A stretch of DNA of 63,494 nucleotides, filler included, from Octopus bimaculoides (Eukaryota): the NCBI RefSeq assembly GCF_001194135.2. It is 7 parts of 6 records of this genome, joined end to end, with 100 filler letters (N's around TTAATTAATTAA, not from the genome) between each part and the next. Parts side by side here need not be neighbours in the genome. Positions count along the whole stretch, not along the records: positions 1 to 24,431 come from NC_068984.1; 6 more parts are not named here. The stretch is one strand, 5' to 3'. Shown here in pieces: positions 1 to 11,337 of the stretch (position 1 is the first letter of the stretch; every line of letters begins with the position of its first letter). The notes under the pieces are model-generated. The model was not told where the DNA came from and made no database searches. It saw only the letters and a list, made by a program, of their open reading frames with translations. The position numbers were made by a program, and so were the translations under genes.

Positions 1-97
1 AAAAGAAAATCTAAAACATATACGCTTTCTATATGCACATGCGCAGACAAAGAGATAAATGTGTCTGAGTGCGTGTAAGCGCGCTTGCGTAGTGTGA

Positions 98-165
<68 letters not shown>

Positions 166-316
166 GTATTTGCAACGAAACCTCCATGAACTAGAGACAC
201 CAAACAAGTACAACTCTCATGAAAGACAATCACGCAATATCAGTGTGCAGGAGAGTAGACAAGAAAACTATTGGAAACTAAGGAGCCAAGACACCTCAAC
301 CAAGTTTAAACATACA

Positions 317-347
<31 letters not shown>

Positions 348-448
348 TTGCACCTCAGAGCTTTCTGTATTCAATAAAACTGTGGCCCACAATGTGTTTG
401 CAGTGCCAATACTCATACCAACATTTAGGCTGCTTGATTGAACGCTTG

Positions 449-600
<152 letters not shown>

Positions 601-630
601 ATGCATATATGAATATATAGCTGAACTTAC

Positions 631-1176
631 GGTTGCATCTTCATCAATAAGGAAAGTTTTATCTGCGGCAAGAATGTCTTGAACTTGTTTAGAAATCCGA
701 ATTTTGGAAGGTTTACTCGAATTTAACAAGTCTTTCATTTCAAGTAGACCAGTTCCGAAGACATAAACAGCTTTCGGAGACTCTGCTATACCAATGTGTA
801 GATTGCCTATATGGATCGCAACACGGATCTCCAAGTTTTGTAGGTGAGGGTCACTGTTTTGAAAAATCCCTAACCAGTCTAATGCTAAGTGAGCTATTGT
901 AACAACGCGTGTAGTTTTGTCGCTTTCATTTTCTATTCCAGTTAGGTAAATCCACGTGCAGGTTTCCGATGCTATTTGACAGACATTTCTCTTAGAAGTC
1001 TTATCTTCAATTAGAAAATGAATTCTCTTTAAAACAGCAGCTACGTCATCCATTTGTCTTTTAGCAAGGAATTGTTTAAACTCATGCAGTTCTACTCCCA
1101 GAAAACAGTTATCGAGATGATTGTTCACCACAAACGGTTGATCCGATATGAGATTTGGTAAGATGAACTTTGGCAT
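631..1176 (-). other. Degenerate class III (guanylyl) cyclase domain
   Basis: Follows the receptor-GC signalling helix; aligns nearly ungapped by eye to the GC fold (F722, V754, G769, IAHLAL, RVAIHIG, VFG, KIRIS) but catalytic residues are substituted. Confidence 0.8.
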
Positions 1177-3208
1177 ATAGCGACTGAGCTGTTGCTCCAT
1201 TCTTTCTTTAGCTAAATTCAACTCGTTTGTTCTTTCTTCGATTCGCGTTTCTAAATGTTCAGTATACTCTTCCATAGCTTCCATCATGCTGTCTAAGACG
1301 CTTTTACGAAATGGATTTGCATGTTTAAGCATTTTAAGTATTTGGTCGAAAGTCGGCCGACTATTGGCCATTGAAGACCAAGCTATCTCCATAATCTGGC
1401 GGACTTGTACGGGTGTATCTTCGTTCGTTTCAGGACGAAGATTATTAAAAATAATCGCATTGAAGATTTCATCTATGCTCATACTATCAGCCAATTCAAT
1501 GTATGGCTCATCTCGGCTAAATATCTCTTGAAGAATAATAGCGAAACTATACACATCGCTCGTAGTTGTTGGAAATTTCAAAAAATTTGAGGCTAATATT
1601 TCTGGTGCCACCCAGAAGTCGCTGACTATAAAATCTTTGTCTTCTGGAATGCCATTAATTTGTCTTTTCCATGCCAGCGGATTTTTCAGCGGATTGATGA
1701 TAGAATACAAACGACAGTATTCCCAATCAGCTATTTTCACCGTCCATCTGCTGTCTATCAGACAACAAGACGAGTGTAGGTTTCCGTGAATTAAACCCAT
1801 TGCATGCAAGTAACTCATGCCACTCACAATATCGATAGATAAAGAAAACTTAAAATCTGTGGTTAGATTGTATTTTCCATCTTGAAGAATTTCGGTAAGA
1901 ACTCCTTTCGAACAATATTCATTAACGGCAAACCTGTCGTTATAATCGATTTCAGTTAAGCCATAAAACCGAAGAACGTTCGAATGTAAAATATGTTCTC
2001 GCATCCATATCAATTCCCGTTTTGTTTTCTGATCTATATGAGCAAAATCTGGCACATTTAGAAGTCTGATTCCAATTTGCTGTCCTTTCCATCGACCAGG
2101 CCATTGTAAAATCTGGGACAGAATCATTTCACCGTCGGGAATATCATTGATTGATTTGAACGATCTTATAGATTTAAAAAACGTCATCTTTGACTTCTTC
2201 GTGTAACCTCTGTCTTCGAAATAAAACAAAATGTTCTCGATAGCAATATTCCATTCATTATTGTTGATCATTTTTCTGAGCTTCAGCTTTTGGTAAATAA
2301 TGTAACCGAATAAAGCTAACAATATCAGGCAGAATAAAGGAATAAGAATCGCCACAGGCGTCTTCCATTTTTCTTCAACGTAATTCTCTCTCTTTTTATC
2401 TTCTGCCACCATATTCCACAACGAGGCTCCATTGCATTCCATGTGCAATAATATTTCTCTTTTAATTTTCGCTTTCAGTTCATTCGTTATTGGTACCATA
2501 TTTTCTCTGGTACAAATTGTTCTGGCATAGTCATCAGTTGTAAACCATTGGATGAAACGAAGAAGCTCTTTAGCAACTTCACATCTTTCAGTGTATTTCA
2601 GACGAATAACCATATATGTAAACCCTAGAATTGGATAGATTCCTTCAGCTGGAATATCAACAAGTGTTTCTGTGAACGAATGCTCCTCTGAACTCCGAAA
2701 ATACGTGTCTAAAGCCTTTTGTATAGAAGCTTCATCATCGGGGGAAATAAAATGGCCGGCCTTATTTTCTATTCTTGCAAGTGAAAGGTCGAATTTTTTC
2801 GCTTCGTTGACGACGACATACCCAATTGAATATTCGAAAGACGCTATTATTCCTGCCATTCCGGAATTTTTCTTCCCGTAATATTTCACAGCTCGTGGAT
2901 TCCATTTCACTGGTGTGTTACCGCCGTCTACAGTTCCGGCAGAAAAGGCGCCATATTGTTGTTTCCAGTTTTCATCAAAGGCACTCAGAGCTGTTGTGAA
3001 CATATTGGTAGTTCCTGATTTACTTTGACGAGCAAGGACGATTATTTCGGCACCTGGCAATATTACACCGGGGTTGGTTTGTAGGAATGTGGTGTCGTTC
3101 CAATGAGTAAATGTTCCATTATAAATACCAACAAGTTGTTCTCTGGACAGATTCAATAGGAAACCGTATGATTTCACTTCCGGTAGATTGTATGCAATGG
3201 AAATTGCC
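631..3208 (-). CDS. Coding exon 2 (2578 bp): rest of PstS domain, TM helix, kinase-homology domain, signalling helix, degenerate guanylyl-cyclase domain
   Basis: Acceptor ttattattgcAG|G (AG at 3210-3209) restores the frame to give PTMAG-AISIAYNLP, a continuous PstS motif; RQSKSGTT, SIGYV, NKAG, YPI; TM VAILIPLFCLILLALFGYIIY; HGNLHSS, WVAPE, DVYSFAII; SVLDSMM..MEEY..LE..IEERT..L; RVAIHIG, VFG, KIRIS; ends at consensus donor ACC|GTAAGT (GT at 630-629), phase 0. Confidence 0.92.
1324..2121 (-). other. Kinase-homology (pseudokinase) domain of receptor-GC type
   Basis: HSNVLRFYG, EYCSKG.L, DIVSGMSYLH, HGNL (HRD to HGN as in receptor GCs), IDSRWTVKI, WVAPE, SDVYSFAIILQEI, RPTF. Confidence 0.9.
2293..2355 (-). 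other. Single transmembrane helix of the receptor
   Basis: 21 hydrophobic residues followed by basic stop-transfer QKLKLRK. Confidence 0.85.
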
Positions 3209-3300
3209 CTGCAATAATAAATGTAATAAAATACGTTAAACAAACATTACCATTACTCTGTAACACACAAATCTACATCAAACAAAACAGTTCAAATATT

Positions 3301-3515
3301 GTTTCAAATTTCGGCACAAAGCCAGCAATTTCGGGGAAAGAATAAGTCAGTTACAGTGACCTCAGCGTTTAACTGGTACTTATTTTATCAGCCCCCGAAA
3401 GAATGAAACGCAAATTTGACCTTGGCGGAATTTGAACTCTGAACAAGAAGACAGACGAAATGTCACTCAGCGTTTTTTTCCAGCGTGCTAACGATTCTAC
3501 CAGCTTGCCGCCTTA
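3301..3515 (-). mobile_element. tRNA-headed SINE, family B (central GTCGACTTTGCCTTTCATCC..GGGGTCGATAAA..AGTACC domain; MetaSINE-like from memory)
   Basis: Homologous to copies at 10833, 14331, 16806, 45110, 59710. Confidence 0.85.
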
Positions 3516-3540
3516 GCAAAGCATTTGACATATTTAATAT

Positions 3541-3747
3541 TCTCTTATTCGTTTTCAGTCATTTGACTGCGGCTATGCTGGAGCATCGCCTTTAGTCGAA
3601 CAAATCGAACCCAGGACTTATTCTTTGTAAGCCTAATACTTATTCTATCGGTCTCTTTTGCCGAACCGCATCGGTTGTCAAGTGATGTTGGGGGGACAAA
3701 CATAGACACGCAAACACAAACACACACAGCCACACACACACACACAC
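3541..3747 (-). mobile_element. SINE family A, 3' half (cut by gap)
   Basis: ttcagtcatttgactgcggc..gctggagca..cgcctttagtcgaacaaatcga shared with many copies. Confidence 0.85.
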
Positions 3748-4105
3748 NNNNNNNNNNNNNNNNNNNNNNNNNNNNNNNNNNNNNNNNNNNNNNNNNNNNN
3801 NNNNNNNNNNNNNNNNNNNNNNNNNNNNNNNNNNNNNNNNNNNNNNNNNNNNNNNNNNNNNNNNNNNNNNNNNNNNNNNNNNNNNNNNNNNNNNNNNNNN
3901 NNNNNNNNNNNNNNNNNNNNNNNNNNNNNNNNNNNNNNNNNNNNNNNNNNNNNNNNNNNNNNNNNNNNNNNNNNNNNNNNNNNNNNNNNNNNNNNNNNNN
4001 NNNNNNNNNNNNNNNNNNNNNNNNNNNNNNNNNNNNNNNNNNNNNNNNNNNNNNNNNNNNNNNNNNNNNNNNNNNAACTTATTAATAATATTATTTCATT
4101 GCATG

Positions 4106-4258
4106 AAGCGGCGAGTTGGCAGAGTTGTTAGCACGCCGGGGAAAACCGCTTGGCTACATTTCATCTGTCTTTATGTCCTGAGTTCAAATTCCGCCGAGGT
4201 CAACTTTGCCTTTCATCTTCTCGGGGTCGATAAAATAATGAGAATTGGGGTCAACAAA
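4106..4258 (+). mobile_element. SINE family B
   Basis: Head gcggcgagttggcagag, B-box gagttcaaattcc, central domain. Confidence 0.85.
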
Positions 4259-5910
4259 TCATTTCCTTATATATATATATATATATATAAAGAAATGATT
4301 TGTTAATCAAGCTCTGACCGCAATAAAAAATCTGTCTGTGTGTATCTGTCTACCTACCTGCCTCTCCCCCCTCTCTATCTCTCTCTCAAGAAGTTTTTGT
4401 GTATGTGTGTATAGCTGTTTGCGTGTGTTATTGACTGACATACATATCATGTGGTGTGTGCTGGCGTCTGCCCACGAGTATAGTTATTAATGTGCGCATT
4501 TGTATGTCTTTACATTGATTTAAATCTATAAATGCGTATTCGTCTGGCTAACTTAAAATCTCTCCATACAGCGAAACCCAAATGTAAATCTCCCAGCTTA
4601 AAACCATTTTATCCCACCTGAAGAGTCTTCTATGCATTGTTCGTTGCATATTGTGTTATTACATCGTTCGTCGCCCACAAGGAAACAGTGCATGAAACAA
4701 TTGTTGTGGTAATAAATTTCTTTGTGTTGGTACATTCCGTCTTCTCTGTTTATCTTTAATATATATATATATATATATATATAGTGAGAATTTACAANNN
4801 NNNNNNNNNNNNNNNNNNNNNNNNNNNNNNNNNNNNNNNNNNNNNNNNNNNNNNNNNNNNNNNNNNNNNNNNNNNNNNNNNNNNNNNNNNNNNNNNNNNN
4901 NNNNNNNNNNNNNNNNNNNNNNNNNNNNNNNNNNNNNNNNNNNNNNNNNNNNNNNNNNNNNNNNNNNNNNNNNNNNNNNNNNNNNNNNNNNNNNNNNNNN
5001 NNNNNNNNNNNNNNNNNNNNNNNNNNNNNNNNNNNNNNNNNNNNNNNNNNNNNNNNNNNNNNNNNNNNNNNNNNNNNNNNNNNNNNNNNNNNNNNNNNNN
5101 NNNNNNNNNNNNNNNNNNNNNNNNNNNNNNNNNNNNNNNNNNNNNNNNNNNNNNNNNNNNNNNNNNNNNNNNNNNNNNNNTATATACACGTACATAAACC
5201 AGGCGGAAGATCGAAATTTGTTGGAAGAGGGACTATGATCGATATGCTAACGATAGTATCAGAAACTATTTTAAATTATGCAGTTTAATACATCAGAATT
5301 ATCACTAACGATTGTTTAGTTGAGTGTCACGTGAGAACACCGTGCGACATCATATTTAACCACTTTACACGCCTCACTACGCTGGCTAATAAATCAATCA
5401 ATAACTTTATACATGAATCGATTCATTCGGTGACATTGATCTTTTAGCTTGAATCTCGCCAAACTAAATCAACTCTGCATGTTATTATAAGATTAATTTC
5501 TTCTAAAAGATTGCATTTGGCGTAGAACGCAAGAAGTACTTTTGTCAACCTTTCAGACGCACATCTTCAGGTGTGGACAGGTGTGTTGGCTCCAGCTACT
5601 ACACAACTCTCACTTATGGCTTGCAGAAATCGGTAGTGCACATCAATAGTTACGCCTCAGTGCCTCACAATGCTTATTTTAAGGTAAGTATTGAAAAAGT
5701 AACCTCGTAAAATATACAACAGAACTTACATTCCAACCTTGCATTTTAATCTTAAATTTTGAACAGCGTTTCTCAAAGGGGGATTTATCGGCTCCTTTGG
5801 GACCCTACACAACCCACTTCAAAATGATCTACAATGAAAATGCTTTTTGATTCCATTTCGATAAAGGTTTCGCACGAAATGTCAGTAGACTTCTTTTCTT
5901 TTCCCATTAT

Positions 5911-6290
5911 ATCTTTTACTTGTTTAAGTCATTAGATTGTGACCATGCTGAAGCACCACCTTGAAGGAACGAATCGACAGCAGTACTTGTCACCATTATG
6001 TGTTTTGTAATGCCTGGTACTTATTCTATCGATCTCTGTTGCCGAACCGCTAGGTAACTGGGACATAGACACACTAGCACAAAGCCGTGGTGGTGGTAGT
6101 GGTGGACACACACACACATGTATGCGTACAACGGGCTTCCTTCAGTTTCCGTCTCGCAAATCCACTCACAAGGCTTGGTTCGGCCCGAAGCTATCGTAGA
6201 AAAACACTTGCCCAAAGTAGCAATTTGTGGCACTGAACCCAAAACCATGTGGCCGAGAAGCAAACTTCTTACTACACAGCTACGCCTGCA
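5911..6290 (-). mobile_element. SINE family A, near full length (tRNA head, CORE-like ccttgggcaagtg segment, internal CA/TA microsatellite)
   Basis: Collinear with copies at 17261, 20341, 39518. Confidence 0.85.
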
Positions 6291-6397
6291 CCAATTTTTG
6301 CGTTAATTAGTTTTGTGTTAATTAGTTTTGCGTTTTCATTTCGTTCTTTAGTCTGGAGAGAATGGGTCACGGCAATCTGTGCAACAAGCACGACCGG

Positions 6398-6456
6398 ATG
6401 ATGATGATGATGATGATGATAATGATGATGATGATGATGACGACGACGACGACGAC

Positions 6457-6510
<54 letters not shown>
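6398..6510. repeat. (GAT)n/(GAC)n microsatellite
   Basis: Direct reading; gives a spurious poly-Met ORF. Confidence 0.95.
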
Positions 6511-6511
<1 letters not shown>

Positions 6512-7890
6512 ACATTTTATCCACCATCTTTTGAATTTTTGTCTACCTGTTGTAACCTCGCACGCCGTCCAACTGTCAATCTCTTATTTCTCTCGATTCA
6601 TTTCAGGTATTTTACCTGGAAAATGTATCGAGGCCACTGTCAATTGACTCTAATTCTTCGTTATGTCATCAGACATAAATAATGCCTCTACACACATCTG
6701 TGACGTCCTGTTTTCCTTCTTTAAAGCAATATTTAGGAACTGAGATTTGCGAAAAATCTTTTGCTCAAAACTTACATTTATAAATCGGTGATCAACAGGA
6801 AAACGAATCTAAATTTATTTTTTTTATCGCTTATAGAGAAAAAAAAAAAAAAGAAAGGAAGTGACTTTGATATTTGTCGAAGCCTGGGAGAAAAAAAGGC
6901 AAGTTACTCCCATTCGGAAAACTCTGACCTGAAAGCCTCCCACAAAGTGTACTCTGCTATAGGCGCCCAAGGATCTCTTGATGGTGTTTAGCTGAGTTAT
7001 CACACCAAAAAATTTATCATCTAAAAACCACTCTCACCCCAGCACAAGAACCGTTCCATGTAATGCGTTGCCACGCATTTTCCATCAACCATATTTCTCA
7101 CAGAAAGACTTTTGCTGGCCTGAAATTGTAGTGAAAGACGCTCAATGTCTCAATGTGCCGCAGAGTGAGATCGAACCTGGGACAACATAGTCAGGAAGTT
7201 AACCCTAGAAATTTAGCTGATGCACTGTATTTCCTTACAATTGCTAATATACTAGTGGGGAAACACCTGTAATCGATTTAATTGTACGACTTCGGTGACA
7301 TCGGTGATTCGTCACCAATTACATATATACATGCATACATACATACATACGGGATACATACATACGTACGTACATACATACGTAAGTAATACATACATAA
7401 GTACATACATACGTACATGCGTACATACACACACACACATACACACAAACACACACGCATATTGTTTCATGACATTTTTATTACTTTTCAATGCGCTGTG
7501 AAAGCTCTTCAGTTTAAAGCTGGCTGTGTTTTGCATTCAGCCACTGTACAGGCGTTTTATAGAATATGCAATAAATCATGACTTATGTTGCTCATAAAAC
7601 AAAACTTGCATAATACTAATTACTTTAGCAACGAAATACTATTGTAGATTAACCGATTATCTATTATCAATATTCAAAGCATTTCATATCATGTATCTTT
7701 CTATGTATGCATCTATACAACATGGATATATCTGTATGTGTGTATTTATGTCTCTGAATGTGTGTATGTATATATATGTGTGTATGTTATATATTCTATG
7801 AGCTCATGATTCACGCACACATACTTATAAACATATACAGGTATACACACACACATACACACACGTGTGTGTGTGTAGGCGCATGGGTGT

Positions 7891-8180
7891 AGGCGCGTGG
7901 TCTAGTGGTATTGCACACTTACAATCACAATTTCCTGGTTTCGATTCCTTGACCGGGCGGTGGGTTGTTTTCTTGAGCAAGAAACTTTACGTTGCTCTGC
8001 CATCACTTTGACATTTGACCTGTGACACACGGTGCACTCTACAGGCAACGTTGATTTGGTGCAGAGGAGTGGGCGAATGTATGGCACACACTTTTGCTCA
8101 CTGTAAATAAATCATCTCTACTGGGACTTCAGTAAGAAATTGCGGAAACCTGGTCTGTCGTTTACGACAGGAGAACCCAC
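7891..8180 (+). mobile_element. Diverged tRNA-headed SINE (third type)
   Basis: A-box gtggtctagtgg, B-box ggtttcgattcc, followed by ttcttgagcaagaaact. Confidence 0.6.
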
Positions 8181-8310
8181 TGTAATGTAACATCTATCAT
8201 ATAACTAACAAAATCATGAAACAGCTGTAAACAAACGGAATAAACATCTATTCTCTCACCTCACTTCTCTTATCTATCTATCTATCTATCTATCTATCTC
8301 TCTCTCTCTA

Positions 8311-8360
<50 letters not shown>

Positions 8361-8659
8361 AAAGTTAACCTCCGATGTCAACTTTGCCTTTCATGCCTCC
8401 AGCATCGTTGAAATACAATACGAGTCAAGTCCTACAGTCGATATAATCCAGTAACTCCCTCCCAGAGAAAAACTGTTGACGTGCTCGTAAATTAATCCGT
8501 ATTATAAGAAGTTCCAGACCATCAGTATCCAGAAAGTCGAGGTTGTAGTTGCGTCATGAAAACTGAACAATATGTAACGTCAAAGAGGGAATGTGAATGC
8601 ATGTTTGTACGAAGCTGTACAGAAATCAGATCAGAATTGAAAATAGATTCATAGCTTAC

Positions 8660-8988
8660 CCAGCCATAGTTGGAAGCATTTTCAGGTTGCTGCTTGCATT
8701 TGCTGGTAGCAATGTTTCAGAGCCAGCAAAATCCACAAACTCATCCTGCTGTATGGCTTTCAGGCCTTTACTACTCCCTGTTACATTGTAGTACATTACC
8801 ACGTTGGTGAAAGCTCTTCTCGTGGGCATGTAATTGTTGATCCACTGTGCGTAGACTTCGGCTGGGAAACTGGCACCGACTCCTTGAACTGTAATTTCCT
8901 CAGAAGAAACTAAACTTGATCCAAGTAGATTCACTACGAGGATAACAAAATGTCGATGAGGAGAAATGAAAAAATAACCCAGCTTCAT
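8660..8988 (-). CDS. Coding exon 1 of PstS-ectodomain receptor guanylyl-cyclase-like protein (signal peptide plus N-terminal third of PstS domain)
   Basis: ATG at 8988; hydrophobic signal peptide FVILVVNLLGSSLVSS; PstS motifs VQGVGASFPAEVY, GSSKG, VDFAGSE, LPTMAG; ends at donor GG|GTAAGC (GT at 8659-8658), phase 2. Confidence 0.9.
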
Positions 8989-9855
8989 CTTTCACCAGGT
9001 GCAGTTCTTACTGACGAATTAATATGAGAATAAAAAAGATATCCTTTTTTGTCCAACAAGAAAGGGTTGTAATAAACACGGAAGATGTTTTCAGAAATAT
9101 GAAACTAGGGGCCCATGATTTATATTTATAGAAATATTTGAAGGTTACTAGGTGATGTTTTCTCCAAAGCACTAAGTTCATAAAGGATACGAAATAGCTG
9201 AAGCCAAAAATTGAAGGAATATCGAGAATTCGGTTTGTTTGGGAAATCGAACCCCTGTTTGGCAATTTCACCAACTTTGGGGAATGTATCGAAAACATAA
9301 ATAACGATTTCTGTCGGAAAAATTCAAAGTTTAAATTCTTCAAAGAGAAAAACAGCCAATTGTAGCATTCATGCCTCTCCCCGAGAGACAAAAGAAAGAA
9401 AGTAGGAATGACTGACAATGAGTATTGGAAGTGGATCAAGGACTCATTTCCGCCGTCTTTATTGTATCAACCGTCACTTGAGAACATTATAAGAAAATGG
9501 TAAATATTAGAAGAGAAATCTTTAGTTGGATTCACACGTTTGTTTTCCAATAGTTTTGTTATTTATAAAAATTCTCGTCGTTTCTCTGTATCCATTACCT
9601 TTAGAAATATGGCGAAAACTTGCGTCCATTTAAGTTGGATTGTGTATTTCGTAATTGTGGTGAGTGTTTCTGTTTTTCACCATAAACATAATCTTCTTAG
9701 GTTAGAAATATTTCATTAAATTCCGTGAAGTGAGAGGAGTGTGGCGCATTATATTCTCTTCAGTCATTTACCATTCTTGAAAGTGATATCTGGAATGGAG
9801 AAAAAAGTAAATTGAATTGCTACTAATTTTTGATAAGACAAAGATCTTAAATACC

Positions 9856-10083
9856 TTCTTTTACCTGTTACAGTTATTAGATAGCGGCCATTCTGGGGCA
9901 CCACCTTGAAGATTTAGTCGAACAAATAGACCTGGTACTTGTTTTATCGGTCTCTTTTTGTGGAACTGCTAGGTTAAGAGGACGTAAGTTAGATAACACT
10001 AGTTGTCAAGTTGTCAAGTTGGGCGAGAGACAAACTCAAACACACACACAGCTGCACATGCACACACAGACACATGCACATGT

Positions 10084-10119
<36 letters not shown>

Positions 10120-10268
10120 GATAGGCTTCTTTCAATTTCCGCCTATCAAATCCAATCACAAGGCTTTGGTAGGCCCAGATAGAAGAAACTTTTCAAGGTG
10201 CTACGCAGTAGAAGTGAACCCGGTATAATGTCCTTAGGAGGCAAGCTTCTTATTACTTAACCAGGCAT
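9856..10268 (-). mobile_element. SINE family A
   Basis: Diverged but collinear with the family A consensus. Confidence 0.75.
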
Positions 10269-10700
10269 ATATATATATATATATATATANNNNNNNNNNN
10301 NNNNNNNNNNNNNNNNNNNNNNNNNNNNNNNNNNNNNNNNNNNNNNNNNNNNNNNNNNNNNNNNNNNNNNNNNNNNNNNNNNNNNNNNNNNNNNNNNNNN
10401 NNNNNNNNNNNNNNNNNNNNNNNNNNNNNNNNNNNNNNNNNNNNNNNNNNNNNNNNNNNNNNNNNNNNNNNNNNNNNNNNNNNNNNNNNNNNNNNNNNNN
10501 NNNNNNNNNNNNNNNNNNNNNNNNNNNNNNNNNNNNNNNNNNNNNNNNNNNNNNNNNNNNNNNNNNNNNNNNNNNNNNNNNNNNNNNNNNNNNNNNNNNN
10601 NNNNNNNNNNNNNNNNNNNNNNNNNNNNNNNNNNNNNNNNNNNNNNNNNNNNNNNNNNNNNNNNNNNNNNNNNNNNNNNNNNNNNNNNNNNNNNNNNNNN

Positions 10701-10795
10701 GAAGGAGCTTCGGATCTAGGTTAGAAACCGGCTCTTTCTCTATTGGCAAGAAATCTTGAAATAAACTGAATAATGACATACATACATACATGCAT
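10701..10795 (+). mobile_element. 3' tail of a further retroelement family ending in (CATA)n (family C)
   Basis: Reverse-complement matches at 22180-22360 and 22490-22540 (ggttagaaacc..ttggcaagaaatcttgaaataaa). Confidence 0.65.
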
Positions 10796-10832
10796 ATGAG
10801 AGGGTGGCGTATGATTTCTTCTGGACTTAATC

Positions 10833-11042
10833 TTTTCCACTCTAGGCACAAGGCCCGAAATTTTTGGGGAGTGGGGACCAGTCGATTAAATCGACCCCAG
10901 TACGCAACTAGTACTTAATTTATCGACCCCGAAAGGATAAAAGGCAAAGTCGACCTCGGCGGAATTTCAGAACGTAAAGACAGACGAAATACCGCTAAGC
11001 ATTTCGCCCGGCGTACTAACGTTTCTGCCAGCTCACCGCCTT
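10833..11042 (-). mobile_element. SINE family B, full length, young-looking
   Basis: High similarity to copies at 14331 and 45110. Confidence 0.9.
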
Positions 11043-11337
11043 TTCTTGTAGACTTAATGTCCTCCTGAAGAATTCTAATGATGTAAATTAGGCGTCGGCT
11101 GGGAATAGAAACCGGGTCCTCGTTCATCTTACTCGAGAACGTACTTTCACTTGACCCGAGAAGAGTCAAAATGCGTTGCATGTAAATAGAAATACTGTGT
11201 TGTATTATTCTTCCAGAATTGGCAGACGGTAACCAGCCTCTAATCACTTCCGTCGTCAGAGATGCAGATAACCAGGGATGTTATTGATCACCAAATCCAC
11301 GTGAAATAAAATATGCTTATGAATAAGTTTAAGCATG

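Larger units (their letters stand above)
3209..8659 (-). other. Intron 1 (5451 bp, phase 2, GT-AG) of the receptor gene
   Basis: Canonical donor and acceptor with matching phase join two halves of one PstS domain. Confidence 0.88.

Noticed and set aside
3209-3243. N-terminus MFNVFYYIYYCR of the 962-aa ORF as a real start
   Set aside because: It is intronic T-rich acceptor sequence. The PstS domain would lack its first third and signal peptide, both supplied in frame by the 8988-8660 exon.
5543-5576. Hammerhead-like CTGAAGA...GAAA on the minus strand in intron 1
   Set aside because: Stems I, II and III do not pair convincingly.
2449-8988. PstS as bacterial contamination or an operon fragment
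   Set aside because: It is split by a spliceosomal intron full of host SINEs and fused in frame to metazoan receptor-GC domains; no pstC/A/B neighbours.
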